Made by a program: the position numbers and the translations under genes. The notes beneath the pieces are model-generated. The model saw only the letters and a list, made by a program, of their open reading frames with translations, ran no database searches and had not been told where the DNA came from. This document shows positions 1 to 8,546 of a stretch of DNA of 64,000 nt, in pieces. Numbering within the stretch: position 1 is the first letter of the stretch; each line of letters starts with the position of its first letter. The DNA comes from Anaerolineales bacterium (GTDB taxonomy: Bacteria; Chloroflexota; Anaerolineae; Anaerolineales; Villigracilaceae): the NCBI GenBank assembly GCA_016744335.1, contig JADGEO010000008.1, positions 15,736 through 79,735 of the forward strand, in the 5' to 3' direction.

Positions 1-533
1 ACGGTAATGCAGGCGCATTTGGCGGTGATATTGCTGGCGTTTTGCACAGTGTTGAATTATTAACAAAATCTGGGCGAGAGACTTGGGTTGTTGAAGATAT
101 GTGCTACGCATATCGAAGTAGTATATTGAAAGGTAGTGCGATTAAAGCGGTTATCTTATCTGCTGAGATAATGCTCACCGAAGGCAATCAAGCTGAAACG
201 CGTGCGGAGCGAAGTCGAAGTGTCCAAGAGCGGATGCGGTCTTTCATCCAAGAAAGAAAAAAAAGACAACCGCCTGGTGCAAGTATGGGGTCTATGTTCA
301 AAAATCCCGAAGGTGATTATGCCGGACGGTTGATTGAAGATGCTGGGCTGAAAGGTACGCAAATTGGCAATGTTGAAATTAGCTCAAAACATGCAAATTT
401 TTTCGTCAATCATGGTGAAACAAAAGCAAAAGATGTGAAAGCCTTGATTGAATTGGCGCAAAAAGAAGTTTTTGAAAAAAATGGCGTAAAGCTAGAGCTG
501 GAAATTGAACTAATTGGTGAATGGCATGAGTAA
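1..533 (+). CDS. murB: UDP-N-acetylenolpyruvoylglucosamine reductase MurB, C-terminal part (5' end lies outside the window)
   Basis: The frame is open from the window edge (codons from nt 3: GNAGAFGGDI...). The C-terminal MurB signature is present: GSMFKNPEGDYAGRLIEDAGLKGTQIGNVEISSKHANFFVNHG. It sits directly upstream of ddl-ftsQAZ. Confidence 0.85.
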   Translation, partial: GNAGAFGGDIAGVLHSVELLTKSGRETWVVEDMCYAYRSSILKGSAIKAVILSAEIMLTEGNQAETRAERSRSVQERMRSFIQERKKRQPPGASMGSMFKNPEGDYAGRLIEDAGLKGTQIGNVEISSKHANFFVNHGETKAKDVKALIELAQKEVFEKNGVKLELEIELIGEWHE

Positions 534-1593
534 TAAACTAAAAATAGCCGTTATCTTCGGCGGACGCTCAGGTGAACATGAAGTTTCATTGATGTCTGCG
601 AAAGCTGTTTTAGCCGCGCTTGACCCGCAAAAATATGATGTGGTGCAAATTGGCATTACATATCAAGGTGCGTGGCTTAGCGGTGAGAATGTACTAGAAG
701 CCTTTGAAAGTAAGAAACTTGAGAAACTGGAACCTTTTCTTTTCTCACCGGACCCAACGAAGCACGCTGCACATTTCACGTTTGATGTCGTTTTCCCTGT
801 TCTGCACGGTTCTTATGGTGAAGACGGCACCATGCAAGGTTTGCTCGAAATGGCAGATGTGGCTTATGTGGGCGCAGGCGTAGTTGGCTCGGCAGTTGGT
901 ATGGATAAAGGTATCTTTAAAGATGTAATGATTGCTAATGATATTCCCGTGGTTGAAGGCGTATTGGTTTTACGCTCAGAAATAGAAAATGATACGAACG
1001 CGGTGATTGAGAAAATTGAAACGCTGGGATACCCCGTTTTCGTGAAGCCCGCCAATATGGGGTCGTCGGTAGGTGTGAGTAAGTGTGATAATCGCTCTAG
1101 CTTATACGAAGGTTTACTCGAAGCTGCCACTTACGACCGCCGAGTCTTAATAGAGCGCGGCATTATTGATGTCCGTGAAATTGAAATTAGCGTATTGGGC
1201 AACGACAATCCTGAAGCTTCTGTGCCTGGTGAAGTAGAGCCGAGTAGAGAATTTTATTCTTATGAATCAAAATATATAGATGGCACTTCAGGGCTGATGA
1301 TACCTGCCCCGATTTCTGAAGCAATGACTGCAAAAATGCGCGAAATCGCCATACAGACCTATAAGGTGATTGACTGCGCAGGCATGGCAAGAGTAGACTT
1401 TTTGCTTGATAAAGATAATGGAAAATACTACCTCAACGAAGTAAACACCTTACCCGGTTTTACTTCAATTAGCATGTACCCCAAACTTTGGGAAGCGAGC
1501 GGTCTTCCCTACCCGCAATTGGTAGACCGTTTGATTGAGTTTGCCCTAGAAAGAAAAGAAGATCGAGATAAAACGAAGAGAAAGTTTAGGTAA
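514..1593 (+). CDS. ddl: D-alanine--D-alanine ligase
   Basis: ATP-grasp Ddl hallmarks are present: KIAVIFGGRSGEHEVSL, FPVLHGSYGEDGTMQGLLE, GYPVFVKPANMGSSVG, EVNTLPGFT. The ATG at 526 (MSNKLKIAV) is a likelier start than the TTG at 514, and it overlaps the murB stop. Confidence 0.95.
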   Translation: MVNGMSNKLKIAVIFGGRSGEHEVSLMSAKAVLAALDPQKYDVVQIGITYQGAWLSGENVLEAFESKKLEKLEPFLFSPDPTKHAAHFTFDVVFPVLHGSYGEDGTMQGLLEMADVAYVGAGVVGSAVGMDKGIFKDVMIANDIPVVEGVLVLRSEIENDTNAVIEKIETLGYPVFVKPANMGSSVGVSKCDNRSSLYEGLLEAATYDRRVLIERGIIDVREIEISVLGNDNPEASVPGEVEPSREFYSYESKYIDGTSGLMIPAPISEAMTAKMREIAIQTYKVIDCAGMARVDFLLDKDNGKYYLNEVNTLPGFTSISMYPKLWEASGLPYPQLVDRLIEFALERKEDRDKTKRKFR

Positions 1594-1652
1594 GTAGAAA
1601 CTCGGTTCTTTATCATCTAAAGGACTAAAAGGAAAAACCAAGTTTCTTAAAA

Positions 1653-2648
1653 ATGGAGCAAGCAGTGAGCGAGAAAAAGAATCTCTCCAGAGCGGCAATT
1701 GTTCGCCAACGAAGAGCAGAGCGAAAAGCGCAAGCGGCAAAAGAAGCCGCCCAAAAAAGCGTTTTGAAGCCCGTTGTGCCTATTCGCCCTTCGGAGAAGA
1801 CCAGTTTTGTCGGTGTAAAGAAACGCAAGGTGAAAACTCGGCGTTACGAGGCAAGCGCGTTTGCATCTAGCAGTGATGCCTTGCGCCCAGTTATTCCTCT
1901 TTCTGTCTCTACGCCTACAATCCACTTTGAGTGGCGGGCGGCATCGGCTATGTTGGTCATTGCCTTGAGTGTTGCGCTTTATTTACTTTTTACTTTGCCC
2001 AATTTTATGGTTACCGCACCAAAAATTAGCGGAAATCAATATCTGACTACGGAAACACTTAATGAAACACTAGCACTTTCTGGGAAAACTATTTTCACCC
2101 TTACGCCTGAAAAGTTGGAGCGCGATTTGCTCATTGCACATCCGGGGCTGGCAGATGTTGACATCACCCTCAGCCTGCCCAACGTCGCGAGCGTTAGGGT
2201 TATAGAGCGGCAACCTGCGCTTATTTGGCAACAGGATGGTAAAGTCGCATGGATTGATGCGGAGGGCATCGCTTTCAGAGCAACTTCCCAGCTAGATGGA
2301 TTGATCACCGTGAACGCTCTTGGCTCGCCACCTGCTCCCGTTGTGGACATATCCGCGCAGAGTGAGCTGGCACCGCCTCCCTATATTGCGCCTGAGACAG
2401 TGCTTGCCTTGCAATCTTTGGTTACGCATGTTCCACTCGGCACCCCAATCATCTACGATCCAGAATCAGGACTTGGTTGGACAGACCCGCATGGCTGGAC
2501 GGTACAAGTAGGTAGTATTACAGAGGATATTGGTTTGAAATTACGTCTTTATGAAAATATCGTTGCTTATTTTGAGCAAAATAATATCCAAGCTGTTTTG
2601 GTCAATTTAGAGTATCCCCATGCCCCATATTATCGGATGGAGCCTTAA
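1653..2648 (+). CDS. ftsQ: cell division protein FtsQ/DivIB (POTRA domain) with a long basic N-terminal tail
   Basis: It has a single TM segment (AASAMLVIALSVALYLLFTL) followed by a POTRA-like stretch (ISGNQYLTTETLNETLALSGKTIFTL...RVIERQPALIW). Its position between ddl and ftsA fits. Confidence 0.85.
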   Translation: MEQAVSEKKNLSRAAIVRQRRAERKAQAAKEAAQKSVLKPVVPIRPSEKTSFVGVKKRKVKTRRYEASAFASSSDALRPVIPLSVSTPTIHFEWRAASAMLVIALSVALYLLFTLPNFMVTAPKISGNQYLTTETLNETLALSGKTIFTLTPEKLERDLLIAHPGLADVDITLSLPNVASVRVIERQPALIWQQDGKVAWIDAEGIAFRATSQLDGLITVNALGSPPAPVVDISAQSELAPPPYIAPETVLALQSLVTHVPLGTPIIYDPESGLGWTDPHGWTVQVGSITEDIGLKLRLYENIVAYFEQNNIQAVLVNLEYPHAPYYRMEP

Positions 2649-2649
2649 G

Positions 2650-2731
2650 AGACTTAAGACAATAGACACAAGACCTAAGAAAAAACTAAAGTCTTAGGTC
2701 TCAGGTCTAAAGTCTCAAAAGTCTGAGGTCT
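2650..2731 (+). repeat. heptad-periodic AGAC x4 / GTCT x6 array forming a long imperfect hairpin in the ftsQ-ftsA spacer
   Basis: AGAC occurs at 2650, 2657, 2664 and 2671. GTCT occurs at 2691, 2698, 2705, 2712, 2721 and 2728. The central perfect 9-bp stem is AGACCTAAG (2671-2679) / CTTAGGTCT (2693-2701). Confidence 0.8.
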
Positions 2732-2738
2732 TAAAAAA

Positions 2739-3977
2739 ATGGAAGAGATTGTCGTAGGAATTGATGTAGGAACAACAAAAATTTGCACCCTTGTAGGGCG
2801 TTTTGATGGAACAGACGTACTGCATATTTTAGGTGTGGGCATTGAGCCAACGACTGGCATTAAAAAAGGCATTATCGTTGACCTTGAAGCGGCCTCACAT
2901 GCCATTGTGCGCTCTGTGGAACGCGCCGAGCAAAGTTCTGGTATAGAGATTGCCTCGGCTATTGTAAGTATTGCAGGGGCGCATGTTTCATCTATTAATA
3001 GTCGTGGTGCGGTTGGTATTAGCGGCGAAATTGTTGATGAATATGACGTTATCAATGTTCTTGAAGCGGCTCGTTCGGTTGCCATTCCTCATAATCGTGA
3101 AGTAATTCATATTGTAAAGCGCGGGTTTAGCATTGACGGGCAAGATGGTATTAACGAGCCAATAGGGATGCACGGTTATAAACTTGAAGTAGAGACGCAT
3201 ATCATCACCGCAGGTGCGGCAACTGTTCAAAACCTTCGTGAATGTGTAGGGGCGGCAGGTGTAGAAGTACAACAATTTGTGCTTAATCCCCTTGCTTCAG
3301 CAGACGCGGTGCTAACCAAAAACGAACGCCTTATGGGCGCGGCAGTTTGCGATATTGGTGGTGGCACAACCGACATGGCAATTTATGTTGATGGGAATGT
3401 GTGGCACACAATGGTTTTGGCAGTAGGTGGCAATCACGTTACTTCAGACATTGCGCACGGTTTACGTTTGCCTGTCTCACAAGCAGAAGAAATCAAATTA
3501 CAACAAGGCTATGCTATCCGTGCCGAAGTTGGCGCAGAAGATTATTTTTCTGTACGTCCCTTTGGTGAAGATAGAGACGTAAATATAAACAAGCAAGAAT
3601 TAGCCCATATTATTGAAGCACGCGTAGAAGAGATTTTTGAACTCGCCCTTCAAGAAATCAAACGCTCTGGTTACGATGGTCTCCTCCCCGCGGGGCTAGT
3701 GCTCACAGGCGGAGTAAGTGCTTTACCCGCCATCCGCGGACTTGCTAGTGATGTGCTCAATATGTCGGTGAGAATAGCAGAGCCTGAAAATATAAGCGGT
3801 ATGGTAGACCAACTCCATTCCCCTGCATATTCAACGGCTGTTGGGCTTCTCCGTTGGGCATTGAGCAGAGAAGATAATTTCGTTAAAGCTAAAAATGGAC
3901 GTAACTCACGAAAGAAAGAAAAAAAAGGAGTGAAGCTTGATTCAGCAAAAAACTTATTTAAGAGATTATTACCCTAA
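2739..3977 (+). CDS. ftsA: cell division protein FtsA
   Basis: Actin-like ATPase motifs are present: VGIDVGTTKICTLVG and CDIGGGTTDMAIY. A GAGG Shine-Dalgarno lies 10 nt upstream, and the gene precedes ftsZ. Confidence 0.95.
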   Translation: MEEIVVGIDVGTTKICTLVGRFDGTDVLHILGVGIEPTTGIKKGIIVDLEAASHAIVRSVERAEQSSGIEIASAIVSIAGAHVSSINSRGAVGISGEIVDEYDVINVLEAARSVAIPHNREVIHIVKRGFSIDGQDGINEPIGMHGYKLEVETHIITAGAATVQNLRECVGAAGVEVQQFVLNPLASADAVLTKNERLMGAAVCDIGGGTTDMAIYVDGNVWHTMVLAVGGNHVTSDIAHGLRLPVSQAEEIKLQQGYAIRAEVGAEDYFSVRPFGEDRDVNINKQELAHIIEARVEEIFELALQEIKRSGYDGLLPAGLVLTGGVSALPAIRGLASDVLNMSVRIAEPENISGMVDQLHSPAYSTAVGLLRWALSREDNFVKAKNGRNSRKKEKKGVKLDSAKNLFKRLLP

Positions 3978-3990
3978 GGGATAATAAGGT

Positions 3991-4018
3991 AAAACGTGAG
4001 CTTTATAAAGCACGTTTT
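3991..4018 (+). repeat. AAAACGTG / CACGTTTT hairpin in the ftsA-ftsZ spacer
   Basis: A perfect 8-bp inverted repeat lies at 3991-3998 / 4011-4018, 14 nt after the ftsA stop. Confidence 0.6.
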
Positions 4019-4104
4019 AAAATTCAACTATCTAATCAACTTATCTGGCAGATAAGGTCGCATCTGAGAAATAATTTTAGGATGCTCAATAAGTAAGGAG
4101 AAAT

Positions 4105-5268
4105 ATGATGGACTCGAAACACAGTATTAATGCAGAAGCATTCGCAAGAATTAAAGTAATTGGTGTAGGTGGCGGCGGTTCGAACGCCGTAGACCGAATG
4201 ATGGCAGAAGGTATCAAAGGCGTTGAATTTATCACGGTCAATACCGATGCCCAAGCTTTAATGCTCTCAAAAGCCCCCATCCGCGTTCGACTTGGCGACA
4301 AACTCACTCGTGGGCTTGGCGCAGGCGGCGACCCTGAAATCGGACGAAAATCGGCAGAAGAATCAGCCGATGATCTTTATGCCGCACTCAAAGGTAGCGA
4401 TATGGTTTTTATCACCGCGGGCATGGGCGGCGGTACAGGCACAGGCGCCGCCGCTGTAGTAGCCCAAATTGCCAAGGAATCGGGCGCACTTACCATTGGT
4501 GTTGTTACTCGCCCCTTCACATTTGAAGGCTCACGCAGAATGCAATCTGCCGAAGATGGTATCAACTCTCTCAAAGAACATGCCGATACATTGATAGCAA
4601 TTCCCAACGATCGCCTTCTTCAACTTGCTGATAAACGTGCCAGCCTACAAGACACCTTCCGCATGGCGGACGAAGTTTTGCATCAGGGTATTCAAGGTAT
4701 TTCAGAACTAATCACCATCCCCGGTTTAATCAATCTCGATTTTGCCGATGTGAAAACAATTATGTCAGAGGGTGGTGCGGCATTAATGGCAGTTGGCGTA
4801 GGCGAAGGCGATGAACGTGCTCGCAAAGCCGCCGAAGCCGCCATCTCTAGCGAACTCCTCGATATTACCATTGACGGTGCACGTGGCGTGCTCTTCAATG
4901 TAACTGGTGGTTCAGATTTAACCCTCTTCGAAGTCAACCAAGCCGCGGCAATCATTCGTGAAACCACTCACCCAGACGTGAATATGATTTTTGGCGCAGT
5001 TGTAGACCCCAATATGGGTGACGAAATTCGCGTCACCGTTATTGCCACTGGTTTTGAGCGCACAGGCGTACCACGTCGTATTTTGCGCCCCAGCCGCCAT
5101 AAAGAAAATAAGAAAGAAAATGTGCATTTCACTCACCCCGTAGAAGAAAGAATTAGTGTTAGTGTTGGCGCAGAACCTATACTCACTTCAACCCAGGTCA
5201 CAGAAAGAAAACCAAGCTATAACGACAACGATCTCGATATTCCAACCTTTTTGCGTAACCGACGTTAG
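4105..5268 (+). CDS. ftsZ: cell division GTPase FtsZ
   Basis: The tubulin signature [13 protein letters not shown] is present, along with [24 protein letters not shown] and the C-terminal DLDIPTFLR peptide. An AAGGAG SD lies upstream. Confidence 0.97.
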   Translation: MMDSKHSINAEAFARIKVIGVGGGGSNAVDRMMAEGIKGVEFITVNTDAQALMLSKAPIRVRLGDKLTRGLGAGGDPEIGRKSAEESADDLYAALKGSDMVFITAGMGGGTGTGAAAVVAQIAKESGALTIGVVTRPFTFEGSRRMQSAEDGINSLKEHADTLIAIPNDRLLQLADKRASLQDTFRMADEVLHQGIQGISELITIPGLINLDFADVKTIMSEGGAALMAVGVGEGDERARKAAEAAISSELLDITIDGARGVLFNVTGGSDLTLFEVNQAAAIIRETTHPDVNMIFGAVVDPNMGDEIRVTVIATGFERTGVPRRILRPSRHKENKKENVHFTHPVEERISVSVGAEPILTSTQVTERKPSYNDNDLDIPTFLRNRR

Positions 5269-5485
5269 GATTTACAAGGGAGCGGTATCTGCTCTCTTGA
5301 TGAAAAAACAGAAGTAGCAATACGAGTCCTGTAGATCCATCAGGAAGCGACTCTCCTCGTCTGCCAGCGAGGATGGTCGTTTCTTGCTTTAAATTATATG
5401 GGGGGATAAAGTGCCACAGCGCGCGTGACTTTGGGCTTGCTTGCCCCCAACGTGCAAATTTCTAATCGTAAACTTCTTTTCTTCC

Positions 5486-5524
5486 AAACGTGCACTTCCA
5501 AACGTGCACTGCAAAACGTGCACT
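5486..5524 (+). repeat. three tandem AAACGTGCACT repeats with 14-nt period (plus a degenerate copy at 5448-5458)
   Basis: AAACGTGCACT occurs at 5486-5496, 5500-5510 and 5514-5524, in the convergent spacer between ftsZ and the minus-strand gene ending at 5554. Confidence 0.8.
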
Positions 5525-5553
5525 GCATCTGCTTTTATATGCGTTGCAGTTCT

Positions 5554-6585
5554 TTATATCTTTACCAATTCCCATCCTTCTGCTCCATCTCTAACTTCCC
5601 AGCCTAACTTTATAATTTCATCGCGCAAGTGGTCAGATTTTGCCCAATCTTTATCGGCGCGCGCCTGTTGGCGGGATTCAGTCAATTGCCGCACCTCTGC
5701 TGGGATAACGATATCAAGCTTAGGGTCAGGGGCGTTGCGGAGCAAATCCAGCGCGCTTTTCGAGATTCCCTCATCCAAATCTGGGAGATGGAGCGCACCG
5801 AGTTCATCCATCTCAAATTCTTCACCTGCGGGGTAAATTTCAGAGTGATTATCTTGAATAAGGGTCACAGAGCTAACGCCGCTCACTCGACATTTGCGGG
5901 ACTCAAAATCGAAAATCAGCCCTGTATGCTCATCCAACCCGATGATGGTTTGATTGGGCGGGAGTTGCGCCTGCCAGCGTGTAAAACGCTCACGCCCAAT
6001 AAAACAGCGGCTGGTATCAAGGTCTGCGCCGCCTTCGGCGTTATTCCAGTGTGGAATAAAGGAGAGCGGCAGATGAAAATCGGTGAAAAGATTGAGGGCA
6101 GGTTTGGTATGAACGTCTTCGCCAACTTTAAAAATTTCGTAAACGGGAAGAGCGTGCGCACCAACCGCTATGGTGGCGGCACTAGAGAAAATAAGCGCGG
6201 CATCACGCCGATGGCGAGTGCGAATGAGATCCCATGCGAGGCTATTTTGGAGTTGACGCACAGCATAGGTGGGACTGCCAGGACCCATAAAAATTAGATC
6301 GGCGGAGAGAAGCGGGGACAGAATTTTGGCATTGTTGGGGCTAAATTCTGTGCCGAGTTTGCGAGCGGGGATGATGTGAATTTTGGGGTTGTGGTTTTGC
6401 AAGCGCGTTTTGAGATACTCGCCCACTTTTTGGGCTACGATAGCGGAATTGAGTTCAAACCCCGCTGTGGTTTCGAGTATAGCGATTTTTGGGGCGTGGT
6501 TGAGGTCTTTTACCAGTTTTTCAAAAATGCGCCCGCCCGCGAGGGATGTTTCGCCAGAGCCGAGGAAGGCTATTTTTCCAAGCAT
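5554..6585 (-). CDS. hypothetical protein: class-I glutamine-amidotransferase/peptidase-S51-like N-domain plus a CysRS-type C-terminal tail
   Basis: This is a 343-aa ORF. The N-terminus (KIAFLGSGETS...KIAILETTAGFE) looks like a GATase1/S51 fold. The last ~45 aa (RQQARADKDWAKSDHLRDEIIKLGWEVRDGAEGWELV) resemble the conserved C-terminal motif of cysteinyl-tRNA synthetases. The function is not assigned. Confidence 0.5.
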   Translation of the reverse strand: MLGKIAFLGSGETSLAGGRIFEKLVKDLNHAPKIAILETTAGFELNSAIVAQKVGEYLKTRLQNHNPKIHIIPARKLGTEFSPNNAKILSPLLSADLIFMGPGSPTYAVRQLQNSLAWDLIRTRHRRDAALIFSSAATIAVGAHALPVYEIFKVGEDVHTKPALNLFTDFHLPLSFIPHWNNAEGGADLDTSRCFIGRERFTRWQAQLPPNQTIIGLDEHTGLIFDFESRKCRVSGVSSVTLIQDNHSEIYPAGEEFEMDELGALHLPDLDEGISKSALDLLRNAPDPKLDIVIPAEVRQLTESRQQARADKDWAKSDHLRDEIIKLGWEVRDGAEGWELVKI

Positions 6586-6642
6586 GAGAGATTTTCCTTT
6601 TTAACACGAAGGGCACAAAAAAACACAAAGAAAAGCTACATA

Positions 6643-7311
6643 CTAATTTTCATTAATCAGTTTGTTGGCTTTTGCCCAAATCTCATCAAACATCTCAGCA
6701 GTAAGGCGTCCCGTTTGCGTATTTTGACGGCTGGGATGATAAGAGACGAGCAACCATTCCCCGCTGGGTAGTTTGTGGAGTGCGCCATGCCCAAAAGCAT
6801 AATCTTTTTTGCGAAGATTGTAGATTTTTAACAATCTATCAAAAGCAATGTGCCCGAAAGCGATTAAAACTTTGGGACTTAAAATTTCAATTTCACGCTC
6901 TAAAAAGGGCTGGCAGGTGTTCAGTTCTTCGGCGGTGGGTTTGTTTTTGGGAGGAGCACAACGCCCAACGGCAGTAATCCATAAATTGGTCAGAAGCAAG
7001 CCATCGTCACGGGTGTCCGAATCTGGTTGATTGGCGAATCCCGCACGGTGAAGGGCAGGAAAAAGAAAATAGCCAGAGCCATCGCCGGTAAATCCGCGCC
7101 CTGTTCGGTTTGAGCCATGTGCGCCAGGGGCTAATCCTACGACCATGATTTTTGCGTGCGGGTCGCCAAAGCCTGGGACTGGTTTTCCCCAATATTCATG
7201 GTCTCGGTAGGCTTTTCGTTTGGTTTTTGCAACTTCTTCGCGCCATTCTACGAGACGTGGGCATTTTCGGCAGGCAATAATTTCAGAGGTGAGTTCTTTG
7301 AGTTTAGGCAT
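6643..7311 (-). CDS. uracil-DNA glycosylase, Fe-S type (family 5/UDGb-like, family 4 superfamily)
   Basis: It has a CRKCPRL cysteine cluster near the N-terminus. The active-site region VVGLAPGAHGSNRTGRGFTGD matches the GLAPxxHG..NRTGR.FTGD pattern. The C-terminal HPS motif is present. Confidence 0.85.
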   Translation of the reverse strand: MPKLKELTSEIIACRKCPRLVEWREEVAKTKRKAYRDHEYWGKPVPGFGDPHAKIMVVGLAPGAHGSNRTGRGFTGDGSGYFLFPALHRAGFANQPDSDTRDDGLLLTNLWITAVGRCAPPKNKPTAEELNTCQPFLEREIEILSPKVLIAFGHIAFDRLLKIYNLRKKDYAFGHGALHKLPSGEWLLVSYHPSRQNTQTGRLTAEMFDEIWAKANKLINEN

Positions 7312-7337
7312 AAGTTAATTCGTATTGCGTGACCACT

Positions 7338-8546
7338 TTAGTTCTGTATCATCGTGGTCGTGTTCTTGAAAAGCTCTCCTACATCATTTGCCGTACCCCC
7401 GCCTTGCGCAACGGATTTATCCCCACCGCCGCGACCGTTGAAGGGGGCAAGATGTTTCTGGAGCAAATCATTAGCACTGACCGTTATTCCTTCTGCGCAG
7501 GCTGTGACCAGTGAGAGTTTTTCTCCATCAAAAGAAGCCAAGACGGCTATGATATTAGGGTAATTTCTTAATTTCATCGCCAATGCGCGCAACTCGGCAG
7601 GATTACGCTTTTCAAAAAGTTTTGTAACCAACCAAGTTTCACCTATCTCTTCTGCGTGTTGCGCCATTTTATCAACTTCAATATTTAATTTCATTTCACG
7701 CAGTTTTTTTAGTTCGTTTTGTGTTTCTTTGAGTTGAATTTGGAGATTTTCTACATATTCAGACACGTCATCTACGCCAACTTTGAGTAAATTTGCTGTA
7801 TCTTGCGCGGCGTTTTGAAATTTATTGAAAAAGGTTAAGGACTGTGAACCCGCTACAAAGTGGATGCGTATTTTTTTATTTACACGCTCTGTGCGTAAAA
7901 TTTTCAAACTCCCTACCATACCCGTTTGCGGAACGTGCGTCCCGCCGCAGGCGGAGTAGTCGTAGCCGTCAATTTCGATGACGCGAATTTCGCCATCTAC
8001 TTTTGGCGGACGGCGAAAATCAACACTGTCTTTGTTTTCTACAAAATATGCCCTCATTTTGCGGTTTTCAAAGATGATTTCGTTTGCTTTTTGCTCTGCG
8101 AGCGCAATTTCTTTGGCAGAAAGCGAAGCCTTGTTAAAGTCAATGGTTGAAGGAGCCGAGCCGCTGATATGGGAAGAAAGGGTTTCTAATCCTAACTCGT
8201 GCCAGAAGACTGCCGAGAAAATATGTTGCCCAGAATGGTGCTGCATATTCGCAAGCCGCCGATTCCAGTCGATTTTGGCGGGGTAGCTGCCATTTTTCAA
8301 TTCTTTATCGAGGAGATGCACAATTTCATCTCCATCGGCAAATACGTCCACGACGCGGGCAGAGCCGATTGAGCCGATGTCGTTAGACTGCCCTCCGCCT
8401 GTTGGGTAAAAAAAGGTTGATGGCAGAATCACGCCAAAACCGCGTGCGCTGAGCTTAGTCGAAGTGTGTTCATCTCGCCGCATCCCCACAATCTCGGCGG
8501 TGAATTCGGTTGTCATTGGGTCGTCAAAATAGAGTTTTTTTGTCAT
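7338..8546 (-). CDS. AlaX-L type alanyl-tRNA editing protein (tRNA_SAD + DHHA1-like C-terminus)
   Basis: The zinc motifs HHSGQHIF and CGGTHV of the Ala/Thr-RS second additional domain are present. A coiled-coil linker and the C-terminal GRGGGDKSVAQGGG motif follow. The start overlaps the queA stop by 4 nt. Confidence 0.85.
   Translation of the reverse strand: MTKKLYFDDPMTTEFTAEIVGMRRDEHTSTKLSARGFGVILPSTFFYPTGGGQSNDIGSIGSARVVDVFADGDEIVHLLDKELKNGSYPAKIDWNRRLANMQHHSGQHIFSAVFWHELGLETLSSHISGSAPSTIDFNKASLSAKEIALAEQKANEIIFENRKMRAYFVENKDSVDFRRPPKVDGEIRVIEIDGYDYSACGGTHVPQTGMVGSLKILRTERVNKKIRIHFVAGSQSLTFFNKFQNAAQDTANLLKVGVDDVSEYVENLQIQLKETQNELKKLREMKLNIEVDKMAQHAEEIGETWLVTKLFEKRNPAELRALAMKLRNYPNIIAVLASFDGEKLSLVTACAEGITVSANDLLQKHLAPFNGRGGGDKSVAQGGGTANDVGELFKNTTTMIQN

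Noticed and set aside
2650-2731. The heptad arrays (also 5486-5524 and 61107-61133), considered as possible CRISPR-like arrays
   Set aside because: The units are 7-14 nt with no unique spacers, and there are only 3-6 units. No cas genes are present in the window.
5629-6297. A 222-aa plus-strand ORF and the neighbouring 131-aa ORF (5441-5836) overlapping the minus-strand gene 5554-6585
   Set aside because: They are antisense shadows of a gene with a coherent domain structure. They have no SD, a low-complexity Arg/Gly/Cys-rich composition and no recognisable motifs.
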